Below are positions 11,167 through 20,799 of a stretch of 64,000 nucleotides of DNA, piece after piece. The notes beneath the pieces were generated by a model, which saw only the letters and a program-made list of their open reading frames with translations, was not told where the DNA came from and made no database searches. Both the position numbers and the translations under genes were made by a program. Each line of letters begins with the position of its first letter. The first letter of the stretch is position 1. The stretch spans positions 704,001-768,000 of the forward strand of contig CAVRKK010000002.1 in assembly GCA_963722385.1 (NCBI GenBank), in the 5' to 3' direction. The stretch comes from an uncultured bacterium (GTDB lineage Bacteria > Babelota > Babeliae > Babelales > Babelaceae).

Positions 11167-11701
11167 CCAAATAGATCTTGCTTATAAGTATGCGCGTGCT
11201 TTTTTGAATGTTTACGGCAAAGGGCTTGCGGTAACGGATGCTCAACAGTTAGCTGAAATAAGCCACCAGCTTGGTAATATCAAAAAATTTCTTGTTTTTG
11301 CCGACCTTACGCATCTGGCCCATGATGCGCATGATACAATTATGCATTTTTTGGCGCCATTTGGCGTACATTTGAAGCTTAGCCAGCTTGTAATGCTTCT
11401 TGCTCAAGAATCAAGGCTTGCTCTTTTGGCCAATGTGCTTGATGCTCTTGTTGATCTCTTTCAGCAAGAAAGGGGAATTGTGCCCTGCGCAGTGACAAGT
11501 GCTTACCCCTTAACGCAGGAGCAAAAGGGCCAGGTTGAACAAGCGATCAGCGGCTGGCTGGCGCCTCGGGTTTCAGAAATGGTATATAAACTTGATAAAA
11601 ATCTTATCGCTGGTATCCGCATTCAGCTAGGCTTAACAATAGCAGAATGTTCGATTGCTCAAGAAGTGCAGAAAATGCGCAACAACGCATTAGTGGGGTA
11701 A
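11150..11701 (+). CDS. atpH: ATP synthase F1 subunit delta
   Basis: AYKYARA, VTSAYPLT and LDKNLIAGIRI motifs. Confidence 0.88.
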   Translation: MSMSYSQIDLAYKYARAFLNVYGKGLAVTDAQQLAEISHQLGNIKKFLVFADLTHLAHDAHDTIMHFLAPFGVHLKLSQLVMLLAQESRLALLANVLDALVDLFQQERGIVPCAVTSAYPLTQEQKGQVEQAISGWLAPRVSEMVYKLDKNLIAGIRIQLGLTIAECSIAQEVQKMRNNALVG

Positions 11702-11704
11702 AGC

Positions 11705-13210
11705 GTGGAAATTAAAAATACTGATTTAGTAGCGCTTTTTGAAAAGGCTCTTTTGCAAAAACAAGACTATAAGTTCGAAGAAATGGGCTTGGTAATTCAA
11801 GTAGCGGACTATACCTGTAAAGTATATGGCCTGACCAATGCGGTTTTTGGTGAGCTTGTTGTATGTCAAGGTGGCAATAGAGGAATTATTTTAAATCTTG
11901 ATGAAAATATTGTTACGGTCTTTTTGCTTGATGCCAATATTCCTGTTGCTGAGCACGAACTGGTCAAGAGGACGGGCGGGGTCTTTAAGGTTCCTGTTGG
12001 TATGCAGTTGCTGGGTCGGATTCTTAATGCTCAGGGCAAAGCTATTGATGGCCTTGAACCGTTGTCCTTTGAGGAAGAGCGTCCCACCGAGGCCCGGATA
12101 CCGGGTATTATTGAGCGCAGCCCGGTCAATGAATCGCTTGAAACGGGCATCTTGGCGGTTGATGCGCTGGTACCAATTGGCAAGGGCCAGCGAGAATTGA
12201 TTATTGGCAACCGTAGTACAGGAAAAACATCACTTGCGATAGATACCATAATTCACCAAAAGGATAAGAAGGTCTATTGCATTTATGTGTCAATTGGTCA
12301 ACGGCAAGCGAACGTTGTGCGCATTGCTCAAATGCTTGAGCAACATGGGGCCTTGGAATACACAATAATGATAAGCGCTGACGCGAGCGATCCCGCGATC
12401 AATCGCTATCTTGCTCCTTATGTTGGGTGTACGATGGGTGAGTTTTTTAGGGATAAGGGGTTTGATGCGCTTATTGTCTATGATGACCTAAGCAACCATG
12501 CGGTTGCCTACCGGGAAATGTCGTTGCTTATGAGGCGATCGCCTGGCCGAGAAGCATATCCTGGTGATGTTTTTTATCTCCATTCGCGCTTGCTTGAGCG
12601 CGCGGGCAAGCTGGCTCGTGGCGGGACCCTGACGGCGCTTCCCATTGTTCAAATTCAGGCCAATGATATAACTGCCTATATCCCCACCAACTTGATTTCG
12701 ATTACCGATGGCCAGATCTTTCTGGACACTCAATTGTTTAACAGTGGTGTTCGGCCAGCGGTCAATGTTGAGCTTTCGGTCTCTCGCGTAGGCGCCGCAG
12801 CCCAAACAAAAGCCATCAAGCAGGTTACGCGGGCGCTGCGTCTCGAGCTTGCCCAATATCATGACCTTTTGGCATTTGCTCAATTTGGTACCGAGCTTGA
12901 TATTATTTCTCAAAAGAAGCTTGAGCGTGGTGCGGTTATTATTAACTTACTCAAGCAAGAGCCGCTTGAAACCTATTCTTTTGTGGATCAGGCGCTCATG
13001 TTCTTCTTGCTTAAAGAAAATTATCTGGATAAAGTCCCTCTTGCCCAAGTTCATGACATGGCGGTGCGCTTTGCGAGCTACGTTCGCTTAGCCTACCCAG
13101 AATTGTATAGTGGTATCACGCTTGCCCAAGATATCTCGCCAGAAGCTTTAAAGAGCTTAAAGGGCATAGCGGCTGAGTTTGCTCAGCTGTTTGTTGCTGG
13201 AGGGGCATGA
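11705..13210 (+). CDS. atpA: ATP synthase F1 subunit alpha
   Basis: PIGKGQRELIIGNRSTGKT, GREAYPGDVFYLHSRLLERA and ITDGQIFL motifs. Confidence 0.98.
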   Translation: MEIKNTDLVALFEKALLQKQDYKFEEMGLVIQVADYTCKVYGLTNAVFGELVVCQGGNRGIILNLDENIVTVFLLDANIPVAEHELVKRTGGVFKVPVGMQLLGRILNAQGKAIDGLEPLSFEEERPTEARIPGIIERSPVNESLETGILAVDALVPIGKGQRELIIGNRSTGKTSLAIDTIIHQKDKKVYCIYVSIGQRQANVVRIAQMLEQHGALEYTIMISADASDPAINRYLAPYVGCTMGEFFRDKGFDALIVYDDLSNHAVAYREMSLLMRRSPGREAYPGDVFYLHSRLLERAGKLARGGTLTALPIVQIQANDITAYIPTNLISITDGQIFLDTQLFNSGVRPAVNVELSVSRVGAAAQTKAIKQVTRALRLELAQYHDLLAFAQFGTELDIISQKKLERGAVIINLLKQEPLETYSFVDQALMFFLLKENYLDKVPLAQVHDMAVRFASYVRLAYPELYSGITLAQDISPEALKSLKGIAAEFAQLFVAGGA

Positions 13211-13261
13211 TGGAATTGCTCTCGAGCTTGATTTTATATTTATCAATAAGTCTTGCTGATT

Positions 13262-13280
13262 TGATATCATAATGACATCA
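13262..13280. promoter_or_regulatory. Palindromic operator upstream of hicAB
   Basis: TGATATCAT-A-ATGACATCA (8 of 9 pairs) overlapping a CATAAT -10-like box. Confidence 0.5.
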
Positions 13281-13310
13281 TAAGAGGATGTCTTCAGCGA
13301 TAGATTATTA

Positions 13311-13544
13311 ATGAGTTCTCGTGAAAAATTGATCCAGAAAATTTTTGCTGTGTCTCCAATCTCTTATGAGGAGGCTGAGAAACTCTTGCTAGCCGGGTAC
13401 TCACTTATGATTAAAGGGTCTCATCATGGGTTTAGAAAAAAAGGGTTTAAAAATATAATTCTTAAGAAAAGAGGGCAGCTTATAGCGTACCAAATTAAAG
13501 ATTTGCAAGAGGTTTTAATTAATCATGGTTACAAAAAAAAATAA
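13311..13544 (+). CDS. hicA: HicA-family toxin
   Basis: 77 aa basic protein with KGSH motif and YQIK. Confidence 0.85.
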   Translation: MSSREKLIQKIFAVSPISYEEAEKLLLAGYSLMIKGSHHGFRKKGFKNIILKKRGQLIAYQIKDLQEVLINHGYKKK

Positions 13545-13920
13545 GAAGATAAAAGATATTAATTATTATCTTGGCTTGCCTTGGACATTTACGATTGAAC
13601 AAGATAAAGACGAGTTTGGAAATAAAATATACGTTATAAGGGTAAATGAAATTCCAGAAGCGGCGACTGATGCTTCTTGTTTAGAGGATGCGATCGCTTT
13701 AATCGAGGAAGCCTTGGCGCTTGCCATAGAAATAAGGCTTGATCTGGGGGAAAAAATTCCTGAACCCGTAGGCAAGGAATATAAGGGGAGCATTGCTTAT
13801 AGAACAACCCCCCGACGGCACTATATTATTGCTCGTGAAGCCCAAAAGCGAGGACAGTCGTTGAGCAAATTTATTGATACTTTGGTTGATAGTGTTACGG
13901 AAGCCTTAAGAAAAAATTAG
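13525..13920 (+). CDS. hicB: HicB-family antitoxin
   Basis: YYLGLPW, GEKIPEP, YKGSIAYR and a C-terminal RHH-like segment; overlaps hicA. Confidence 0.88.
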   Translation: MVTKKNKKIKDINYYLGLPWTFTIEQDKDEFGNKIYVIRVNEIPEAATDASCLEDAIALIEEALALAIEIRLDLGEKIPEPVGKEYKGSIAYRTTPRRHYIIAREAQKRGQSLSKFIDTLVDSVTEALRKN

Positions 13921-13989
13921 TCTCATAAAATAGTCTCGAGGTGGTTTTCTGGCGGAATTTCTTGTAAAATAAGTAATATATCGACAAAA

Positions 13990-14066
13990 GCGCCCATAGC
14001 TCAGTTGGATAGAGCAACAGATTTCTAATCTGTAGGTCGTAGGTTCAAATCCTACTGGGCGCACCA
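13990..14066 (+). tRNA. tRNA-Arg (anticodon TCT)
   Basis: GCGCCCA/TGGGCGC acceptor stem, anticodon arm ACAGA-TTTCTAA-TCTGT, GGTTCAAATCC T-loop, encoded CCA. Confidence 0.97.
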
Positions 14067-14169
14067 AACTATTTTTTCCTGAGAAAGCTATATATTTATT
14101 GACTATTAGGCTAATTTTGTTTTAAACTCGTTGATAATGATATCAAACGAGAAAAACAAGGAGTTAGTT

Positions 14170-14730
14170 ATGAATAAATTACTGTCCGTATTTATAGCGG
14201 TACTCATTATGAGCTTTAATACTGCTCAAGGCTATTTGTTGTTTATCAAAAAAGAGGGAAATAAGCCAAATCTTATAGACTTAACTCAGCAGAGTTTATT
14301 AGCAAACAAAATTGGCCTCAACGAAAAAGATGAATTGGGAAACACGCCGTTAACGATAGCGGCGAGCAACGGGAATGATAAGCTGGTAAGGTTTCTAATT
14401 AAATCTGGAGCAGATATCAACCTTCAGGGATCATTGGGTACCCCGCTCATCTCGGCTGTTTTTAATAAACAGGCTATAATAGTCCGTTTACTTTTGCAAG
14501 CAAAGGCTAATCCAAACATAAAAAGCACGAACGGCGTAACTCCATTAATGTCTGCTTCGTGGCGGATGAGTAGAATGATGGTAGATGAGCTTCTTAAGGC
14601 CGGAGCCGATGCTAATCAAAAGACCCCAGATGGCGAAAATGCTCTAAGCATGTTGGAAGATCGAAAGAAGTTTCAGGAGAAAGAATATCAAGAGATAAAA
14701 AGCATCTTACAGGCTCATATGAAAAAATAA
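14170..14730 (+). CDS. Secreted ankyrin-repeat protein
   Basis: Signal peptide; GNTPLTIAA, GTPLISA, GVTPLMSA and GENAL ankyrin repeats. Confidence 0.9.
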   Translation: MNKLLSVFIAVLIMSFNTAQGYLLFIKKEGNKPNLIDLTQQSLLANKIGLNEKDELGNTPLTIAASNGNDKLVRFLIKSGADINLQGSLGTPLISAVFNKQAIIVRLLLQAKANPNIKSTNGVTPLMSASWRMSRMMVDELLKAGADANQKTPDGENALSMLEDRKKFQEKEYQEIKSILQAHMKK

Positions 14731-14740
14731 GAAGCGCTTG

Positions 14741-14772
14741 GTTATGCGGGCAGGCAAGATGACCCGCATAAC
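14741..14772 (+). terminator. Stem-loop after ankyrin gene
   Basis: GTTATGCGGG...CCCGCATAAC 10-bp stem. Confidence 0.5.
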
Positions 14773-14843
14773 AATTTCGTTGAACTTTTCTTGAGCTTTG
14801 TTATTTTCTTGTATGCGTAGGTAAGAATAAAACGGGGGAGCTT

Positions 14844-15065
14844 ATGCGCATTACGTCCAGAGGCCAAGTAACTATTCCTAGAGAAATTAGAGAAAAGCTT
14901 GGGCTTCTTGTCAAGATGGAAATTGAGTTTTATATTGAGGCACAGGAGCTAAGGCTCAAGAAAAAGAGCCCCAAAAGAGGGGAAGAGTTAATTCAAAAAC
15001 TAACTTCAAAGAAATTTATCAAAATGTCTACTGACGAAATAATGGCTTTGACGCGAGAAGAATAA
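14844..15065 (+). CDS. AbrB/MazE/SpoVT-family antitoxin-like protein (no adjacent toxin)
   Basis: ITSRGQVTIPREIREKLGL and MSTDEIMALTR. Confidence 0.88.
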   Translation: MRITSRGQVTIPREIREKLGLLVKMEIEFYIEAQELRLKKKSPKRGEELIQKLTSKKFIKMSTDEIMALTREE

Positions 15066-15106
15066 GTCTCTGTGTTTTTGCCCAGTGACGTAATTTATGC
15101 GTACTT

Positions 15107-16429
15107 CTAAAATTCTGATGCATCATCGCAAAAGACAATAAATTGTCTGGCCCTTGCCGCAGGCCAGGCCCATTGGCTATCCTGTAAAACATCGTTTTCA
15201 TCCCAACTGAGCACACTGCTTGTATAACGCGTTGGCGCTATATTGAGGGTACTCTTTTTTGGGTAACGAACCAACCTAAAACCAACCGTTTTCCCCTTGC
15301 TGTCCTCAAATACGATAGGTCTGAAGAGTCCTTTATAATGACCAGGTACCCGTGAGGTTTCATAAGAGCCGCCGAATAAAAGTTGTGCATTTACCTCGGC
15401 ATACCAATCTGAGGGAGCAAGCCCTACCTGATCTCGGGTAAACTGCCATACGTTGCCCAGAAGGTCCCATATTCGTCTGTTACCTAAGAACCAAAAAGCA
15501 CCGCTCGTAACGGCATGAGTTTGGTCGTTTGTAGCAGGTGCTTCACTGGGTAAAGAATCATATGATTTGCCCGAACTGGCATATAAAAAAGCTTCTAATT
15601 CTCGTACTGAGGGAAGGGCATAGGTATACGCTGTATCTTTTTTATTAAGCTTTTCTATAAATTTTTGGATTTCAGCATAAGAAACATTTTCTACGGGAAA
15701 ATCAGTGCATATACTACCGGGAAGAGCAAGGGGGCGTGCTCTTACTCCCATGGGTCCCGTAACGCCGCGTGGTCCTGTTCGACTACTCGGTATTATTCTC
15801 CAACGCGTCTTGAATCTAATTGGCGGGTTTTCGGTAAATACAACACTCTTAGATTGAATGCCATCAGAAAAAAATGCAGGGTTATATCCCATTACTTCGA
15901 ACCACTGTGCTTGTGTTACCGGAGTTTTTTGTAATTCTATACCGGCTTCAATATCAAAAGATTTTTGGTCAAGCTTGCTCACATAATGGCCATCGGGAAT
16001 GGTCACAAAATCTAAAGAAACCTCTATGTCTTTGACGTCCTCATGTGCTTCTTGTTGGATTTGAGTTTGGTGTTTAAGCTCTTCGATCTTTTGAGCCACC
16101 CAGCTTTTTACTTTGGTAATATCGCAGTGGTCGGTGAATTGCTTATGGCTTATTACTTCTTCAAACTGTTTTGAGTACATAAAAGCGGTATGGGATGATG
16201 CCGCTTCAGCCGGATCAATTGGATTAATGAGCTTGTCTTTTCCCAATATCCGCTCAAGGTGCTTTAAGTCAATGATATTTTTGTTAAGTAAGTCATCAAG
16301 AAAAGCTATGAACATGCTTGTCGTTTTGTCGGTTATCTCCCTTGTGCCGTTGCTGGCAGAGTCAGAACGCAAGCAAGCAGGATGAATGAGCAGCGTTAAA
16401 AGAGCAAGCGTGAGCGATATTTTGTTCAT
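15107..16429 (-). CDS. Secreted/lipoprotein with FGE-sulfatase (SUMF1-like) domain
   Basis: TPVTQAQW, PVENVSY, DLLGNVWQ, GGSY and VGFRLVR motifs. Confidence 0.8.
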   Translation of the reverse strand: MNKISLTLALLTLLIHPACLRSDSASNGTREITDKTTSMFIAFLDDLLNKNIIDLKHLERILGKDKLINPIDPAEAASSHTAFMYSKQFEEVISHKQFTDHCDITKVKSWVAQKIEELKHQTQIQQEAHEDVKDIEVSLDFVTIPDGHYVSKLDQKSFDIEAGIELQKTPVTQAQWFEVMGYNPAFFSDGIQSKSVVFTENPPIRFKTRWRIIPSSRTGPRGVTGPMGVRARPLALPGSICTDFPVENVSYAEIQKFIEKLNKKDTAYTYALPSVRELEAFLYASSGKSYDSLPSEAPATNDQTHAVTSGAFWFLGNRRIWDLLGNVWQFTRDQVGLAPSDWYAEVNAQLLFGGSYETSRVPGHYKGLFRPIVFEDSKGKTVGFRLVRYPKKSTLNIAPTRYTSSVLSWDENDVLQDSQWAWPAARARQFIVFCDDASEF

Positions 16430-16446
16430 AGCTTTTCCCGTATTAG

Positions 16447-17433
16447 TTATGAAACCTGCTCGAAGATTTTCTTAATGCTGCTTACCGAGCCCAGGAGCGC
16501 CGTGGCTTCATAAGGTACGATAATAAGCTTATTATCTTTGCCTTCTGCCAATTGTGGCATCATGCGTAGGTACTGAAGCGCAATAAGATAGGCAGCTGGG
16601 TCTTGCTGTGGCAAAGCTCGTGCCAAAAGTTCGAGTGCTTGTGCTTCTGCGTTGGCCGAACGTAACCGTGCTTCTGCCTCGCCCTCGGCAATGATCGCCT
16701 TGGCTTCGGCAATGCCTTGTGCTTCAAAAACGCGCGATTCTTTATCACCTTCTGCCCGCAGAATGGATGCACGCTTGGCGCCTTCCGCTTCCAAAATTAC
16801 GGCGCGGCGGTCACGCTCTGCCCGCATCTGCTTTTCCATGGCCTGACGAATATCAGCTGGTGGATTAACCTCTTGAAGCTCGACACGGGTAACCTTTACG
16901 CCCCACTTATCGGCCGCTTCATCAAGTGTTGCACGTAAGCGTGAATTAATCTGATCCCGCGATACAAGCGTCTCATCAAGGTCCATGGAGCCAATTAAGT
17001 TACGCAGCGTTGTTTGTGCTAATTTTTCTATGGCTTCTGGCAAGTTGTATACTTCGTATACGGCAGCACGGGGATCGGTGATCTGATAGTACACAAATGC
17101 GTTAATCTCAGTGGTAACGTTATCCTTGGTAATAACTTTTTGCTTAGGAAAATCATACACCGCTTCCCGTAAGTCAATGCGCTCAACAACCTTAGTAAAG
17201 CGATGATAGCGCGCGCCCTCAATCTCTTTAACATGTGTCCACATAACGCGCCGCGGGGCCTCAATAAAAGGTATAACGATATGGAGTCCAGGGCCCAGCG
17301 TTCGCTCATAGCGCCCTAAGCGCTCAATAATAATAATTTCAGCCTGTTGTACTAAATAGATCGACTTAATGAGATAGATTAAAACTAAAAGCCCGAATAA
17401 TCCACCAAAAATAAGCCCTAGAGGAAATAGCAT
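16447..17433 (-). CDS. SPFH/band-7 (QmcA-like) protein
   Basis: ERLGRY, ITKDNVT, WGVKVTRVELQ and QMRAERDRRA motifs. Confidence 0.93.
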   Translation of the reverse strand: MLFPLGLIFGGLFGLLVLIYLIKSIYLVQQAEIIIIERLGRYERTLGPGLHIVIPFIEAPRRVMWTHVKEIEGARYHRFTKVVERIDLREAVYDFPKQKVITKDNVTTEINAFVYYQITDPRAAVYEVYNLPEAIEKLAQTTLRNLIGSMDLDETLVSRDQINSRLRATLDEAADKWGVKVTRVELQEVNPPADIRQAMEKQMRAERDRRAVILEAEGAKRASILRAEGDKESRVFEAQGIAEAKAIIAEGEAEARLRSANAEAQALELLARALPQQDPAAYLIALQYLRMMPQLAEGKDNKLIIVPYEATALLGSVSSIKKIFEQVS

Positions 17434-17443
17434 AGTGGCCCTT

Positions 17444-17887
17444 TCATAATGATGTAAGTTCTTTAACAACAAGGTGACAGCCTTGAACAGCAACGATTTC
17501 AACCATAACCCCTTCATGTATTACTCCCTCATGCAACCCATAGGCAGTCCAGGTCTCGCCCCGTATTTTAACCAAGCCCGATTCGATACGCCCTTGAATT
17601 GGCTTCATGACAAGAGCATGTTTGCCTATAAGAGCAGCCGTATTAGTTGGCAAGATCCGTGCTTCTTGCACGCGAGCAATCCACCAGCGCGAAAAAATGA
17701 TACCAATGAGCGTTACCCCGACGAAAAGCGCACTCTGCGCCTGGCCATTCATGCCATACCATGCCGCGCAAGCCCCCGCAAGCGCACCGGCGGTACCAGC
17801 AAGCCCAAACACAAACCCAGGGGTAATGAGCTCAACCAAGGCAGCAACAACGGCGGCAACAAGCCATAAGAGAATTATGTTGTCCAT
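17444..17887 (-). CDS. NfeD-like membrane protein
   Basis: N-terminal TMs, OB-fold GLVKIRGETW; canonical partner of SPFH genes. Confidence 0.88.
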   Translation of the reverse strand: MDNIILLWLVAAVVAALVELITPGFVFGLAGTAGALAGACAAWYGMNGQAQSALFVGVTLIGIIFSRWWIARVQEARILPTNTAALIGKHALVMKPIQGRIESGLVKIRGETWTAYGLHEGVIHEGVMVEIVAVQGCHLVVKELTSL

Positions 17888-18260
17888 AACTAATTACTTT
17901 CTTGTTTTTGTCTATCAGTATGCCATAATCGTAAGAAGTGGCAAATCGATATTTCTATTGATAAATAAAGAAATTTTAAGAACGGGGCAGCGTGCATACC
18001 AGATCCATGCGGAATCTAACCCATAGGGGCAAAATTTACGAGACTTGCCTTCTAATGACGACCAAAATGTATTATAATGGAGAAAAGTCACGGCTTTTCT
18101 CCATTTGGCTGAGGTTTCGTCGCATCTTTTGAGAGCCGAGAAGTTTTTATCGGAATTATTTTTATAGCCATGTGCTTTAGCTGCCCTCGATGACATTTTT
18201 CTTGCTTTCGTGTATACTAGCTTGTAAAATCGCTTAAAATCGGGTGGGTTATTATCACTT

Positions 18261-18734
18261 ATGACGCGAAAAAAAAGCAAAGGTTACTTTTCTATCTCTG
18301 CTGTAGCTAAAATGTTCTCGGTACACCAACAGACAATTAGGATGTACGAAAAAGAGGGGCTTGTTTCTCCCAAGCGCTCAGAGGGGAACACCCGGCTTTT
18401 TTCTGAGGAGGACATTAACCGTCTGGAAGAGATTATTTATTTAACCCACACGCTCGGCATTAATTTGGCAGGAGTAGAAATGATATTAAAGCTTAAAAAA
18501 CATATCAAAAAGCTCCAAAAAGAGATGAATGAGCTCTTTAAGCATGCTCATCAGGAGCTTGATAAAGAAGCCGAAACCGCTAAAGTGCTTATTGAAAAGA
18601 GCTCACAAGGTCTGATTGCCCTCAAGCAGGGACGGGAAGCAACGCCTGCATTGATCGATTCGGAGAAAAAGCATGACTTGGTGGTTTCACCCTTGGTCAT
18701 GATAAAACCATCGCCAAAAAAGATTGTACGGTGA
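18261..18734 (+). CDS. hspR: MerR-family heat-shock repressor, HspR-like
   Basis: ISAVAKMFSVHQQTIRMYEKEGL, RSEGNTRLFS and GINLAGV; upstream of htpX. Confidence 0.8.
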   Translation: MTRKKSKGYFSISAVAKMFSVHQQTIRMYEKEGLVSPKRSEGNTRLFSEEDINRLEEIIYLTHTLGINLAGVEMILKLKKHIKKLQKEMNELFKHAHQELDKEAETAKVLIEKSSQGLIALKQGREATPALIDSEKKHDLVVSPLVMIKPSPKKIVR

Positions 18735-18737
18735 CCT

Positions 18738-19622
18738 ATGTGGAAAAATCAATTCAAAACGGCCGTTTTACTCGCTACAATGAGCGGATTACTCATGTTT
18801 ATGGGAAGTCTTATTGGTGGTGCAAAAGGTGTTACTATTGCCTTTATCATTTCTCTTGTAATGAACCTCATTACCTATTTTTATTCAGATAAGATCGTAC
18901 TGGCGCTTTATCGGGCACGCCCGCTTGATCAAAATCAATATCCGGATATCTACGAGATGGTCTCTGGGCTTGCCCAACAGATGGGGCTGCCTATGCCCAA
19001 GTTATGGATTATTGATACGCCGATGGCTAATGCGTTTGCTACCGGGCGTAATCCAAGTCATGCCTCGGTGGCGGTAACAACGGGGATCTTGCAAATCCTT
19101 GAGCCTCATGAGCTGCGCGGGGTACTTGCCCATGAATTGAGCCACGTCAAAAATAGAGATATTTTAATAAGTACCGTTGCTGCGACGCTTGCTACCGCGA
19201 TTGGTTATTTTGCCACCATGTTGCGCTACAGTGCTTTTTTGCAGACAACGAGCAGTAATGACAAAAGGCAATCCAATAACCCCTTGTTTCTTTTTGTGGC
19301 GGCAATTCTTATGCCATTGGCCGCCTCGCTGATTCAGCTGGCTATATCTCGTTCACGTGAGTATTTGGCCGATGAGTCAGGTGCGCATATAAGCAATGAT
19401 CCGCTTGCCCTTGCTTCTGCCCTTAAAAAAATAGAAAGCAATGTTGCGGTGGCCCATTTGAGAAATGATGATGTCGCCCATGCTTCCACGGCGCCGCTTT
19501 TTATCATCCATCCCTTTCTTGGCAAAGGTATTATGAACCTTTTTATGACGCATCCTCCAACACAGAGTAGAATTAAGCGGTTACAAGAAATATATCAAGA
19601 AATTAACTCACCAAAAAGATAA
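18738..19622 (+). CDS. htpX: Zinc metalloprotease HtpX
   Basis: NAFATGRNP, HELSH, SRSREYLAD and THPP motifs. Confidence 0.95.
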   Translation: MWKNQFKTAVLLATMSGLLMFMGSLIGGAKGVTIAFIISLVMNLITYFYSDKIVLALYRARPLDQNQYPDIYEMVSGLAQQMGLPMPKLWIIDTPMANAFATGRNPSHASVAVTTGILQILEPHELRGVLAHELSHVKNRDILISTVAATLATAIGYFATMLRYSAFLQTTSSNDKRQSNNPLFLFVAAILMPLAASLIQLAISRSREYLADESGAHISNDPLALASALKKIESNVAVAHLRNDDVAHASTAPLFIIHPFLGKGIMNLFMTHPPTQSRIKRLQEIYQEINSPKR

Positions 19623-19646
19623 CGTAGTATTCAGCAGGGAGCTCTC

Positions 19647-20096
19647 ATGATCAACGAAGAAGGACCTTTTGAGCGCTGCCAGTTTGTGCTTTCAGCAGAG
19701 CTTCTCAAGCTGCTTGAGTGGCTTATTGATTTTGAACAAGATAGCTTAAAGAAGCTCATTAAGCGCGCAATTCAGCATGGCTTTATAAAGCAAGGGCTCC
19801 GTTATAGCGCAAACAGTAATCCAGAGGCGCTCCAGCAGAGCATAATCGATTTTTTTACCATTATCGACATCATATTGCACGAATCAATCAATGAAGACGA
19901 TGTGCGCCAAGCCCTAAAGCATGATTTGATCCCAGCGCTCAATAATTTTGATACCAACCCCTATGACTCATCAAGCGTGGCTATGAGTATACATAAAGCA
20001 ACAGCAAAAACGCACAAAGGGAAAGACCCTAAAGATGTGCTTTGCCAAGAGTTGCTCAAGCGCTGGAAGCCTGATAAGCAGTCAACTATCCATTGA
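19647..20096 (+). CDS. Hypothetical protein
   Basis: 149-aa ORF with GGGAG RBS, followed by a terminator. Confidence 0.7.
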   Translation: MINEEGPFERCQFVLSAELLKLLEWLIDFEQDSLKKLIKRAIQHGFIKQGLRYSANSNPEALQQSIIDFFTIIDIILHESINEDDVRQALKHDLIPALNNFDTNPYDSSSVAMSIHKATAKTHKGKDPKDVLCQELLKRWKPDKQSTIH

Positions 20097-20117
20097 TGGA
20101 ATAGAACTCGCCCCTTT

Positions 20118-20142
20118 AAAAAAGCCCTGGTAAAGGCTTTTT
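20118..20142 (+). terminator. Intrinsic terminator
   Basis: AAAAAGCC...GGCTTTTT. Confidence 0.55.
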
Positions 20143-20220
20143 CTTGAGAATTTGCTGTGGGTATTGCAATTTGCAATTACCCTGCAGTAAAGTAAGAAAA
20201 GAATTAAAAAGGGGGGGCAA

Positions 20221-20418
20221 ATGAAAAAATCGCTCATTGTCTTTTTAGGGATTAGCCTCGTATTAGACTATTACGTCAGCCGTTCTCTCAAAGGGCAATG
20301 TAAGACACTTATAGCGGAAAAGCCGTTTGCAAATACTAAAGCGCAGGCATCTCGGTCGCGTATGGCAAGTGCTTTGGACTCCCAGAGGGCGAGCATATTG
20401 CCAGCGGGCGCTTCTTAA
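20221..20418 (+). CDS. Small hypothetical protein
   Basis: GGGGG RBS-like site and MKK + hydrophobic N-terminus. Confidence 0.4.
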   Translation: MKKSLIVFLGISLVLDYYVSRSLKGQCKTLIAEKPFANTKAQASRSRMASALDSQRASILPAGAS

Positions 20419-20444
20419 AGCAGGGAGATAGAGGTATACAAAAG

Positions 20445-20723
20445 CTAGGCGATGAGGCGAAACACGCCCCGGTAATCCTTATCTTTGACAAAGGGCTCAA
20501 CTTCAACATCCAAGGGCTTTTTTGCGGTGTCCTGCTTATAAAAAAAGTCGACAAACGCTTCAATATTTTCTTTTGAGCCACAGGCTACAATTTTGATGGT
20601 GTCAGTGCCGACAGCTTGCATAAGGCCTTCAAGCGACAAGGCCTGGGCTTGTTTTTGTACCGTTTCGGTAAAAGTTTTGGTTATCTTAAGTGTGCACGTA
20701 ATTTTGATACATTTATTCATCAC
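20445..20723 (-). CDS. Acylphosphatase-like protein (degenerate)
   Basis: Size and pattern AQALSLEG...IKIVACGSKENIEAF...FRLI; lacks the VQGVGFR active-site loop. Confidence 0.55.
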   Translation of the reverse strand: MMNKCIKITCTLKITKTFTETVQKQAQALSLEGLMQAVGTDTIKIVACGSKENIEAFVDFFYKQDTAKKPLDVEVEPFVKDKDYRGVFRLIA

Positions 20724-20799
20724 TTCTCCTAGTGGTAGCTGTTTGGTTATCCCTCATTCGCATGAAGGTACCAAATCCCCTTCTCTTCTGTCAAACACG

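Noticed and set aside
13990..14066. Prophage/ICE integrated at tRNA-Arg
   Set aside because: No integrase or duplicated tRNA 3' end noticed in the window
15107..16429. DGR target (FGE/C-lectin fold)
   Set aside because: No template repeat or reverse transcriptase seen in the window
17915..18280. 121-aa minus-strand ORF
   Set aside because: Occupies a divergent promoter region, overlaps the hspR start and has no recognisable motifs
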